Positions 11,376-22,199 of a DNA stretch of 64,000 nt are shown here, piece by piece; within the stretch, counting starts at the first letter, position 1, and each line of letters opens with the position of its first letter. The notes beneath the pieces were generated by a model that saw nothing but the letters and a program-made list of their open reading frames with translations, was not told the origin of the DNA and ran no database searches. Made by a program: the position numbers and the translations under genes. The stretch comes from Phyllobates terribilis. Taxonomy: Eukaryota. The DNA lies in the NCBI RefSeq assembly GCF_046119375.1, contig NW_027362777.1, positions 1,116,001-1,180,000 on the forward strand, written 5' to 3'.

Positions 11376-12447
11376 AAGAACCGCCGAAGGGGCAAGCAAG
11401 GCAGAGCGGAGGGGACAGGGCTCAGTACACATGGAACAGACAGGAAGGGAAAGGCAGAACCAGATACCCACAGGGTACTTGCAGTGAAGTAGCGAGTGGA
11501 CCACAAACTCACAAACAGAAGTACAGTGACAACGAGCAGGAGTTAGGTACGAGTTCAGACTCTGCAGAAAAAGGGAAGGTACGGACATAGAGAAAAACAG
11601 GAAAGGGGCTAGGAGAGTATTCAGACAAGAACAGACACAGCAGCAAGATACAGGAGCGAGTCTAGGTATGCGGCCCCTAGAAGGCGGAACGAACAGGCAA
11701 GGAGCGTGTTCACACAGGCCTGGAAATACTGCCTCCAGGATAGGCAGAAGACAACAGGCTAGAAGATAATACAGACAGGACACAGTTCAGACACGGGAAC
11801 TGATACCAAAGGCAGGAAACATAAACGGGACCTGGCATATCAGTGACCAGAAGCCAACTAACTGAACACAATGCTCAGGCATGGGTTAATTGGAGCAGCT
11901 GGCTTAAATACCAGGTGACAGACAGCAATAGGCTGAGGATGCACAAGGGGTGTGCCTGCAGCAGGTACAAAAAGCAGGAAGTGATCGGGCGCCACCCTTA
12001 AGCAGCAGACACAGAGGCAAACAGACAGCATGGAGGGAAGCCAGGCTGGCAGACTGGACTGGAGATCAAGTGCACGCCCTTGTACAGTGGGAGATGGACC
12101 ACTATGCAAGGACGCCGCCAGGTATGTTACAGTACCCCCCCCTTACGCCCCCTCTTCTTCAGGCCTGCCAGAATCTTCCGCAGGGAATTCGAGGGCCAAT
12201 CCTTCACTTCAAGGAGATCACTTCCACTGTCCACCGGAAAAACTGGTCTCCTCTGGGTAGCTTGGATGCTTCCTCCTATCCAGCCATCCTCAGCAACAGA
12301 CGAAACGGGTGGAGTACCAGGAACAGCACACAAGGAAGTCTCTCTCCACATATTTTCAGGTGGCACCCCAGAGGGTACAGAAGACAACTGGAAGTCCTCC
12401 ACCGGGTTGGAGGGGGGCAGAGACTCGGGGGTAACCTCCGCTTCGGA

Positions 12448-14196
12448 CTACACTTGTTCAGACTCACTGGATGAAGCAGGCGAGGTATCAGGTACCGAGT
12501 ATAGGAGAGTCTCTGTTCCTTCGCTATCAAGTAGCACCCCGAAGGGTTCAGGAGACACCTGGAGGTCTTCTGCCGGGTCAGACGAGTGCAGAGACTCGGG
12601 GGTAACCTCTGCTTCAGAAAACACTAGGTCGGACTCACTGGACGAAGCAGGCGAGGTATCGGGTGCCGAATATAGAAAAGTCTCTGTCCATTCACCACCA
12701 GGTGGCACCCCGAAGGGTTCTGGAGACAACTGGAGGTCCTCCGCCTGGTCGGAGGGGTGTAGAGACTTGGGAGTAAACTCTGCTTCGGAGTACACTAGGT
12801 TGGACTCACTGGACAAAGCGAGCGAGGTATCAGGTACAGAGTATAGGAGAGTCTCTGTCCTTTCGCTACCAGGTAGCACCCCGAAGGGTTCAGGAGACAA
12901 CTGGAGGTCCTCCGCCAGGTCGGAAGGGTGAAGAGACTCATGGGTAACCTCTGCTTCGGAGTGCAGTAGGTCGGACTCACTGGAAGAAGCGGGCGACGTA
13001 TCAGGAACCGAGTATAGGAGAGTCTCTGTCCATTCGCTATCAGGTAGCACCCCGAAGGGTTCAGGAGACAACTGGAGGTCCTCCGCCTGGTCGGAGGGGT
13101 GTAGAGACTCGGGGATAACCTCTGCTTCGGAGTACACTAGGTCGGACTCACTGGAAGAAGCGGGCGAGGTATCAGATACCGAGTATAGGAGAGTCTCTGT
13201 CCATTCGCTATCAGGTAGCACTCCGAAGGGTTCAGGAGACAACTGGAGGTCCTCCGCCTGGTCGGAGGGGTGTAGAGACTCGGGGATAACCTCTGCTTTG
13301 GAGTACACTAGGTCGGACTCACTGGACGAAGCGGGCGAGGTATCAGGTACAGAGTATAGGGAAGACTCTGTACATTTGCTACCAGGTAGCACCCCGAAGG
13401 GTTCTGGAGACAACTGGAGGTCCTCCGCCTGGTCGGAGGGGTATAGAGACTCGGGGTTAACTACCGCTTTGAGGTACCCATTGTCAGGCTCACAGGACGG
13501 AGCCGACGAAGTATCGGGTACCGGGTGTAGGGAAGTCTCTCTCCATTTGTCATCAGGTGGTATCCCGGAGGATTCTAGGTGGGCAGAAGTCTCTTCGGGC
13601 AGGAGAACAGGTGCGCTACCCATGCATATTACCCGTAGGGGCTGCTCTGGGATACAGGGAAATGAAGCTTCAGCAGGGACTTCAAGGTTGGAATCAGGAG
13701 GTCTTTGGGAGGACAGACCCAGGCGTGACGGCTTGCCTCTACGCCTAGCACGTCTGGACTGCCTCTTGAGGTTGGGAGAAGTATTCCGAAGAGCGTAGTC
13801 ATCCTGTGTGGATTCTGGATGGGCAGTAGTCTCTTCGGGCAGGAGGACTAGTGCGCTACCCACACACATTACCCATCGGGGCTGCTCCGGGATATTGGAA
13901 AGTGAAGCTTCAGCAGGAGCCTCCGGGTTCGGATCATCGAAGACCATTAGAAAGGCCACCAGGAAGGCCATTATGTCCAGGACGATAGGATCCTGTGCGT
14001 CCCATAGGGGGGTAATCCATTTCAAGGCATCACCCGCTAGGTAAGACATCATGAATCCCACCTTAGCCCGATCGGTGGGAAAACAAAGAGGGTAGAACTT
14101 GAAGTGTAGCATGCATTGCTCCACAAATGTACGACTCTGTCTTGGATCCCCATAGTACCGTGGCGGATCCGCAGGAACGAGTGCAGAAAGATCCAT
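12448..14196 (-). CDS. gag: Gag-like protein, 582 aa: partial Gypsy capsid domain plus a Ser/Pro/Glu-rich 57-aa repeat
   Basis: PPRYYGDPRQSRTFVEQCMLHF...FPTDRAKVGFMMSYLAGDALKW...FLMVFDDP resembles Sushi/PEG10-type gag. The 171-bp period is shown by GGAGACAAC at 12722, 12893, 13064, 13235 and 13406. Confidence 0.85.
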   Translation of the reverse strand: MDLSALVPADPPRYYGDPRQSRTFVEQCMLHFKFYPLCFPTDRAKVGFMMSYLAGDALKWITPLWDAQDPIVLDIMAFLVAFLMVFDDPNPEAPAEASLSNIPEQPRWVMCVGSALVLLPEETTAHPESTQDDYALRNTSPNLKRQSRRARRRGKPSRLGLSSQRPPDSNLEVPAEASFPCIPEQPLRVICMGSAPVLLPEETSAHLESSGIPPDDKWRETSLHPVPDTSSAPSCEPDNGYLKAVVNPESLYPSDQAEDLQLSPEPFGVLPGSKCTESSLYSVPDTSPASSSESDLVYSKAEVIPESLHPSDQAEDLQLSPEPFGVLPDSEWTETLLYSVSDTSPASSSESDLVYSEAEVIPESLHPSDQAEDLQLSPEPFGVLPDSEWTETLLYSVPDTSPASSSESDLLHSEAEVTHESLHPSDLAEDLQLSPEPFGVLPGSERTETLLYSVPDTSLALSSESNLVYSEAEFTPKSLHPSDQAEDLQLSPEPFGVPPGGEWTETFLYSAPDTSPASSSESDLVFSEAEVTPESLHSSDPAEDLQVSPEPFGVLLDSEGTETLLYSVPDTSPASSSESEQV

Positions 14197-14659
14197 CTGG
14201 ACGGGTGCGTAATTCGCCTGGAACTCAGCTAAACAAAAAAAATATATATATTTTTTTTTTTATTTATTTTTAATGCACATATTCGCTGGAAAACGTCTCA
14301 GAGAGCGAAGGCCGTGGGGCTCAACGGGAACCATGGCATGAGCATGCTGTAATGCACACGCCCGGACTGACTGGCGTGTGCGTGTTTAGTGGTTCCACTG
14401 TGCCATGAACCGGAGAGTGTCTGGAGGGGCGTAACTAAGTATCTGCCCGATCCGACCAAGGTCGCACGACGGCATACGACGCCAGTGCACCAGGGAGGAA
14501 CCGAGCAGAGGGACCAGGGTCTACTCCAGGTCAGACTCCGGACACGGCTGTTGACCCACACCGGGGAATACAGGAACAGGCAGACTAGAGCGCAGGCTGG
14601 GTAGGGTCCAGTACAGACTGGGAGACAAATTCGGAGCCGCACATTTGGCAAACAAACAG

Positions 14660-15205
14660 AGTAAAGCGAAACCGCAGGTGCGGTAGTCAAGGCAGAGCAG
14701 AGCAGAACCACAGACGCGGTGGACAGGGCTGAGCAAAGCGAAACCGCAGACGCGGTCTACAGGGCTGAGCAAAGCGAAACCGCAGACGCGGTGGACAGGG
14801 CTGAGCAAAGCGAAACCGCAGACGCGGTGGACAGGGCTGAGCAAAGCGAAACCGCAGATGCGGTGGACAGGGCTGAGCAAAGCGAAACCGCAGACGCGGT
14901 GGACAGGGCTGAGCAAAGCGAAACCGCAGACGCGGTGGACAGGGCTGAGCAAAGCGAAACCGCAGACGCGGTGGACAGGGCTGAGCAAAGCGAAACCGCA
15001 GAAGCGGTGGACAGGGCTGAGCAAAGCGAAACCGCAGACGCGGTGGACAGGGCTGAGCAAAGCGAAACCGCAGACGCGGTGGACAGGGCTGAGCAAAGCG
15101 AAACCGCAGACGCGGTGGACAGGGCTGAGCAAAGCGAAACCGCAGACGCGGTGGACAGGGCTGAGCAAGGCGAAACCGCAGACGCGGTGGACAGGGCTGA
15201 GCAAG
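14660..15205. repeat. 36-bp tandem repeat, ~15 copies, inside the 5' LTR
   Basis: Same unit as 10290-11375. Confidence 0.97.
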
Positions 15206-15959
15206 CATGAACCGCCGAAGGGGCAAGCAAGGCAGAGCGGAGGGGACAGGGCTCAGTACACACGGAACAGACAGGAAGGGAAAGGCAGAACCAGATACCC
15301 ACAGGGTACTTGCAGTGAAGTAGCGAGTGGACCACAAACTCACAAACGGAAGTGACAGTGACAACGAGCAGGAGTTAGGTACGAGTTCAGACTCTGCAGA
15401 AAAAGGGAAGGTACGGACATAGAGAAAAACAGGAAAGGGGCTAGGAGAGTATTCAGACAAGAACAGACACAGCAGCAAGATACAGGAGCGGGTCTAGGTA
15501 TGCGGCCTCTAGAAGGCGGAACGAACAGGCAAGGAGCGTGTTCACACAGGCCTAGAAATACAGCCTCCAGGATAGGCAGAAGACAACAGGCTAGAAGATA
15601 ATACAGACAGGACACAGTTCAAACACGGGAACTGATACCAGAGGCAGGAAACATAAACGGGACCTGGCATATCAGTGACCAGAAGCCAACTGACTGAACT
15701 GGAGACTGGACTGGAGATCAAGTGCGCGCCCTTGTACAGTGGGAGATGGACCACTATGCAAGGACGCCGCCAGGTATGTTAAAGGCGTCTTTTTGTTAGC
15801 TTATGCTGAGTGGTTTATGAAGTTCTAATAAACTAGCCTGGACATTTTAATGAAACCGGTGCCTTGCTCAACCGCTGCTGAGTGAGTAGAAACCCTACAG
15901 TACTTTTTGCACAACTTGCTGTTCTCTAACAAGGAGCCTAATGGCAAAATTCACAACAA

Positions 15960-16570
15960 GTGTTTGATCCATGAATCGCCCAAAAAATGTAGGCGTTGAA
16001 ATTGAAGCAGGATGTTTTCAGATGAAAGTGGTCACTGAGCTTTGAGTGTCACCGAGTGTCATCATCAGCAGGTTGCAATAGAGATACAGAGAGAGTGGAA
16101 AAGTCACAGAAAGGCAGAGAAGTGGACATCTTTTGGCCACACCCCACACTGATGACTGCTTCATTGTGAACAATGCCTTTCGGAACTGGATGATGAACGC
16201 CACACAACTGCAGGCACATTTAAGGGAGGTGAGAGGCACCCAAGTGTCATGTCAGACCATTCAAAACAGTTTACATCAGTGTGGTCTGCTAGGGTACCTG
16301 ACCACACCACCAGGCACAGGCGTCATCGACTTGCATGGGCCAGGTAGCATCTACGCTGGACGAGGGAACAGTGGACTTCAGTGCTGTTCATTGGTTAAAA
16401 TCGATTCACGCTGAGCAGAAATGATGGCTGTCAACGATGTTGGAGACATCAAAGAGAGTGCTATTCATCAGCGACTGTTGTTGCCAGTGAGGGTTTTGTT
16501 ACAGTGTGGGCAGGTGTGTCTAGTCAATACAGAACTGCCCTACCAAACCAAACTGCCAAAGAATGGGTGG
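15960..16570 (+). mobile_element. Tc1-family transposase remnant
   Basis: Decayed NATQLQAHLREVRGTQVSCQTI.N.LH..GL and HR..RL.WA...W..VLF segments. Confidence 0.65.
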
Positions 16571-16689
16571 AAAAGATCTATAAATGCCCTAGCGTTTCCC
16601 TCTCTATCTGCACACCTACCTAACGCGGAGGTTGGCACCCTGTCCTGCGCAATGGCACCCCCACTCATCGGTGGCTGTCCCTGACTATA

Positions 16690-17945
16690 TGTCCCTATTA
16701 CACCTCTATTTCAAAGAAAGGAGTTAAGGACATTTGCTTATTCAGGCCATTCGGGTGTACCGTTGTGAGGTTGAAAATCCAACGGGTCTCCCTCTGTAAA
16801 ATCGACCTATCCCAGTTACCTCCTTTCACCGGAGATGTAATTTTCTCTACCCCCATAAATAGGATCTTCCTTACATCTCCGTGATGCAGTAGGTTGATGT
16901 GATTAGCGACCAGTGTGTCTTTTTTATTCCATATATCTCGTATGTTTCCCCACCCGCCTACGAAATTCTCTTCTTGTTTTTTCAACGTACTCCACCACAT
17001 TCTCACATGTGCCCTTATAGATGATGCCCTTAGTGCGACAATTTATGAAGTGCCGAATGGAGTACCTGATACCAGTAACATTGCTTCTGAACATTGCCTG
17101 ACTGGATCGATTCACACATCTTACATCTTACCCCACATGTGAAACACCCTTTGATTCCTCTATCCAACCAAGTTGGGGTGGTTCTCAGCTGACACTGGCT
17201 ACGCACTAGCCTATCCCTCAAAGATTTACCTTTTCGGTATGTGATTTGTGGGTAAGGTGTGATCTCATTCTCCATGTCTGTGTCCATCTTTAATACTCCT
17301 TTGGAGGATTGATCTAATCTCCTCTCTATTGCAATATCTCATGACGAATCGTGTAGTTTCACTTTGATCAGGTTTTTTAACGCCTTGTTGTATGCCTCCC
17401 TCAAGGCTCTTTCGAGGTAACCTCTGTCTTTAAACCTTATCTTGAGGTCATCTGCCTGCTTCTTGAAGGACCACAAGGTAGAGCAATTCTGGTGCATTCT
17501 TAAATATTGTCTCTTGGGGATTTCCCTCCTGAGGGGGGCCGGATGGTTGCTCTCCCACCTCAGGAGGGAATTTGTGGCCGTTTCTTTCCTATGGGTCTTA
17601 GTGATAATTTCACCCTTGGAATTGATCTCAATTTTAATGTCCAAAAAGGCCAGGCTAGATGAATTCAACTCATACATAAAATGTAACCCAATATTGTTGA
17701 CATTGAGTTTCTTGACAAAATCCTTGAACGTCTCCGCAGTGCCCTTCCAGATGACAAAGATATCATCAATGTAGCGGAGCCACATGATAATACTCTCCTC
17801 AGGGCACTGCGAAGTGTCACCAAAAACAATAGTTTCCTCCCACTAGCCCAGGAGCAGGTTGGCATATGATGGTGCACACGGGCTGCCTATCGCGGTGCCC
17901 CTGAACTGGTGGAAGTACTCCTTATTGAATAAAAATACATTTCTG
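16690..17945 (-). mobile_element. Penelope-like retroelement fragment (RT plus GIY-YIG endonuclease), decayed
   Basis: RGTAIGSPCAPSYANL, WLRYIDDIFVIW, LAFLDIKI, TNSLLRWESNHP, YRKGKSLRDRLVRS, NCRTKGIIY...YVEKTRR and WIFNLTTVHPNGLN. Confidence 0.9.
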
Positions 17946-18527
17946 GTACAGTGCTTTCATCCCGGACTGGTTATGTCTCTCTTACTGTCACCCCCTGGTA
18001 CTCAAATACCGCGTCCAGAACGATCTGATCTATAAAACTGTCACACTAGTTAACCCCTTCAGTGAACAGTGTAAAAAATAAAAAAGGTGGCAAAAACCCA
18101 TAGAATAAAGTCGTCCACATGAGGAATGGCATAAAAAATAAATAAAAACAATTCTTCACCTGCTGTTGATTTGTTCATTCTTCCTCCCAAAGATCGCAAT
18201 AAGGCATGGCGCACATTTATCCTGCGCTCTACGCTGAGCGCTTACAACAGGGTTTCCGTGTAGATCTCTGAAATATGTGATTCAGACGGAAAACCCAATG
18301 GAAGATTCCCTATAATAAGGCAGATTAAGACACTGTGGACTCAAGTCTGTCCTATGATTTGGCAGTGTCCATATTTTTAAGCGTGCATAAAAGCGCAATA
18401 GACCAAAGTTTTGTGTACTTCTGGAAAAAAAGACAACGCTAAACAGAGACGAAATGGAGTCGACAGTAACTCTGCTGCCTCATTATAGTGAATGGGTTTT
18501 ATCTGAATCATGTCACTCAGAGATTTA

Positions 18528-19942
18528 CAGTGGAGGGAAATAATTATTTGATCCCTTGCTGTTTTTGTAAGTTCGCCCACTGACAAAGACATGAACAGTC
18601 TATAATTTTAAGGGTAGGTTAATTTTAACATTGAGAGATAGAATATCCAAAAAATAAAATCAAGAAAATCTCATTGTATACATTAGATAATTTTTTGTAT
18701 TTTGCAGTGAGAAAAAAGTATTTGATGCCCTACAAACCATTATGAGTTCTGACTCCTACAGACCAGTTAGATGCTCCTAATCAACTCATTACCTGCATTA
18801 AAGACAGCTGTCTTATATAGTCACCTGAAAAAGACTACTATCCACAGACTTAATTAATCAGTCAGACTCTAACCTCTACAAAATGGGCAAGACCAAAGAG
18901 CTTTCTAAGGATGTCAGGGACAAGATTATAGACCTGCACAAAGCTGGAATGGGCTACAAAACCATAAGTAAGACGCTGGGTGAGAACGAGACAACTGTTG
19001 GTGCAATAGTAAGACAATGGAAGAAATACAAAATGACTGTCAATCGACATCGATCTGGGGCACCATGCAAAATCTCACCTCATGGGGTATCCTTGATCAT
19101 GAGGAAGGTGAGAGATCAGGCTATAACTACATGGGCTGGAATTTGTTAATGATCTCAAGGCACCTGCGACTACAGTCACCAAGAAAACCATTGGTAACAG
19201 ATTACACATTAAAGGTTTAAAATCCTGCAGTGCCCTCAAGGTCCCCCTGCTCAGCAAGGCACATGTGCAGGCTTGTCTGAATTTTGTCAATGAACACCTG
19301 GATGATTCTGTGAGTTATTGGGATAAGGTGCTGTGGTCAGATGAGACAAAAATTGAGCTCTTTGGCATTAACTCAACTCGCCATGTTTGGAGGAAGAAGA
19401 AGAATGAGTACAACCCTAAGAACATCGTCCCAACCGTGAAGCATGGTGGGGGAAGCATTATACTTTGAGGGTGCTTTTCTGCAAAGGGGACAAGATGACT
19501 TCACCTTACTGAAAGGAAGATAGATGGGTTCATGCCCCATAGAAAACTTATGGAGGGAGTTGAAGCTCTGAGTTGCCAAGCGACAGCCTCAAAATCTTAA
19601 TGATTTAGAGATGACCTGCAAAGAGGAGTGGACCAAAATTCCTCATGACATGTGCGCAAACCTCATCATCAACTACAAACAACGTCTGACTGCTGTGCTT
19701 GCCAACAAGGGTTTTGCCACCAAGTATTAAGTGATGTTTGCCAGAGGGATCAAATACTTATTTCTCACTGCCAAATGCAAAAAAATATATAATTTATACA
19801 ATGTGATTTTCTTGATTGTTTTGGATATTCCATTTTTTAATGTTAAAATTAACCTACCCTTAAAATTATAGACTGTTCATGTCTTTGTCAGTGGGCAAAC
19901 TTGCAAAAACAGCAAGGGATCAAATAATTATTTCCCCCACTG
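18528..19942 (+). mobile_element. Tc1 transposon, full-length but decayed, TA TSD
   Basis: Inverted termini CAGTGG(A/G)GGGAAATAATTATTTGATCC flanked by TA; [15 protein letters not shown]..., [13 protein letters not shown] and VKHGGGSI in broken frames. Confidence 0.92.
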
Positions 19943-20399
19943 TAGATGGAAACCCCAATGTAAGTGCTCAACGTAGAGCGCAGGATAAATGTGATAGAAA
20001 ATGTTATGTAAAATGTTTTCAAAAAATGCTTCAATTCAATCTACAAAAAATGCAAGTCCCCGCTCAGGTGCGTCTTCTGTCAATGGAAATATAGGGGGCT
20101 TCCACGTTACTGGTAGTACAAAGGCTCTGCAAAAGCCTGTGCTAAACAATTAAAGATGGCTCTGTAGGGGTTATTAATATACCTGAATACATTGTGTACC
20201 TCTTGTTACCCTATCACAGCACTAGTTGTATTTTGTCAACTTGGATTTAGTCTCTACCAACCATATATGTGGTGGCGGCTCTACAGGTGGAGGTTAATCG
20301 CCTCCAAGATTTCTTCCGAATATCCCTCATCCTATGAAATTCTGTGCCTCAACACGTCCGATTATCCACCACACTTTTATCCTTCAGATGGAACCTGAA

Positions 20400-20670
20400 A
20401 ATACATCTCTTTAAACAAGCTTACAGCCTGCCATGACCTTGCTTGCTGCCACCTCAACAACACCGGAGCTACTGCAACCCCCCAACCTACTGTCTCCTTC
20501 CCCATCGTCCAGTAGAATGTAAGCCCACAAGGGCAGGGTCCTCTTCCCTCTGTACCAGTCTATCATTGTTAGTTTGCTTACTGTAAGTGATATCTGTATT
20601 TTGTATGTAACCCCTTCTTATGTACAGCGCCATGGAATCAATGGAGCTATATAAATAATAATAATAATTT
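20400..20670 (+). mobile_element. L2 LINE 3' end
   Basis: TAGAATGTAAGCCC..AGGGCAGGGTCC and GTACAGCGCCATGGAA, then an (AAT)n tail; matches the 3' ends of the L2 copies at 30291 and 54303. Confidence 0.7.
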
Positions 20671-21099
20671 TGTATTTGTATAGCATAACCTCAGCAACTA
20701 GCCATAGAGGATTTTGAATGAGACCAAATATCTTTATTTCTGGAGTTTTCATAAGATTCCATATGGTCCCACTCGGGGGAGACATTAAAAAATGAACTGA
20801 CACTACTAACAGATATGTGGTGCTCATACATGCACTATGCACTTTATATTTATATGTATGAAGTAATCATATAGTTAGTGTTTATTAGATATTTCTCCAT
20901 ATGGATCTATATATGTATTTTTACATCTGGCATAAACTATAAGTAAAACTTTTTTACCTGTTACTTGTTCATTTGCAGTAGATTTCCCTTTTTTAATTCT
21001 GGTTTTGTTTTTAATTGTTGTCTTTTTAATATATGTTCAATAACATAATTATTACAGTTTGTTGTATGGGAGTTGTTAGTCTTCGGCTTATTATAACAT

Positions 21100-21480
21100 T
21101 ATGTGAAGCACCTGTGTGTTCCAGGTGCTCACCACAAAACTAGATAAATTCCTTGAGGGGTCTATCTTCAAAAATTGTGTCCCTTGTGGGGGGTTGTCAC
21201 TGTATAGGCACATCAGGGGCCGACATGGGGTATGCTCTCGATTCCAAAAATTTTTGCATACAAAAAGTCAAGTGGACTCCTTCCCTTCCGAGCCCTGCCA
21301 TACACCCAAACAGTAGTTTTCCTACCACACATAGGATATCGGCTTACTCAGGAAAAATTGCACAACAAATTGTATGATGCACTTTCTCCTGTTACCCTTT
21401 TGAAAATGCAAAATTTGGGGGTAAAGTAAGATTTTTGTGGGAAAAAGTAACATTTTAATTTTTTCCCTTTGCCATTGCTT
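21100..21480 (+). repeat. One unit of the ~393-bp repeat also seen at 57360-58920
   Basis: GCTCACCACA..CTAGATAA.TTCC.TGAGGGGTCTA and GGCACATCAGGGG landmarks. Confidence 0.75.
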
Positions 21481-21859
21481 TAATTCTTCACACACTGGTC
21501 AGAATTGAAAAAAGTGACCTGTAAGGAAGGTGAAACAGACTCTGGGGTGAAAGGGTTAATAAGACTTACAAGTGGAACCGGTCCAGAAAGCAGAAGATCC
21601 AGCAAGTATCTGCCACATATTCCTGCAAATCCCCCGAATGTCATCACTAGCATCTACATTACTGTGCTGGAGCTAGGAGAGGAATAATGGCGTTGTGTGA
21701 GGACTTCTCTGGGCTTCTGTCCTTCATCCTGCAGTCGTCTGAATGGATCTAATGTGGACGGGAACCAGCTAAGCCGCATTCTGTCCACAGCTGTTATCTC
21801 ACTGTTCACACCACACAGAGACCCCAAAAGAGTCTCCGTGCAGAAGGGGTTAATGCCCA

Positions 21860-22090
21860 GTAATGGGGAATATCCACATACCTCCACCTGCAGAGCCGCC
21901 ACCACATATATGGCTGTTCTGTGCGCATAGGACCTGTGATGAGGTCACAGGAGGGGAGGAGTCAGGGGTCACATGATCAGGGGCCTCAGTGGATGCACAG
22001 TGTGAACTGTGCGGCTCCTGTACAGTGATATCCGGAGTGAAGACGCTACATGGAGACGTCTCCGCAGTCAGTGACATTTCCGGCATTATT
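21860..22090 (-). promoter_or_regulatory. Putative non-coding first exon/promoter module of ZNF copy A
   Basis: ~140-bp core shared with 47870-48010 and, inverted, 53030-53163. Minus-strand GAG|GTATGT donor (exon end 21882), TCATGTGA E-box, and CCGGAAATG ETS-like site near 22075-22083. Confidence 0.55.
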
Positions 22091-22199
22091 TGCCCCTCAC
22101 TACGGGCACAATTACCCCGCGCCGCCTTTTCTACAGTTTTATGTGTGAATGTAACGTGGGATTTTCCTGCTTGGAGACAAATAGACGACACATGAGGTG

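Larger units (their letters stand above)
9978..15783 (-). mobile_element. Non-autonomous Ty3/Gypsy LTR retroelement (gag-only) with 5-bp TSD GGCGT
   Basis: LTRs at 14348-15783 (5') and 9978-12131 (3'). PPT AAGGGGGGG precedes TACTGTAACA on the minus strand at ~12132-12143. GGCGT is at 9973-9977 and 15784-15788. No pol sequence. Confidence 0.92.
9641..15899 (+). repeat. Old solo LTR (9641-9977 + 15789-15899) split by a younger LTR element
   Basis: Starts TGTAACAC and ends GTGAGTAGAAACCCTACA, resembling the LTR at 50426-50960. The two halves join across the GGCGT duplication. Confidence 0.6.

Noticed and set aside
9892-11783. Five overlapping 320-490 aa ORFs on both strands (also at 14521-15478)
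   Set aside because: They result from a stop-free 36-bp repeat (multiple of 3) inside LTRs; no domain content.
16570-16690. Hammerhead at the 3' end of the first Penelope fragment
   Set aside because: Only scattered pieces (CCGAUGAG, GGAAACGCUAGGG) are present and they cannot be arranged into a core with stem II.
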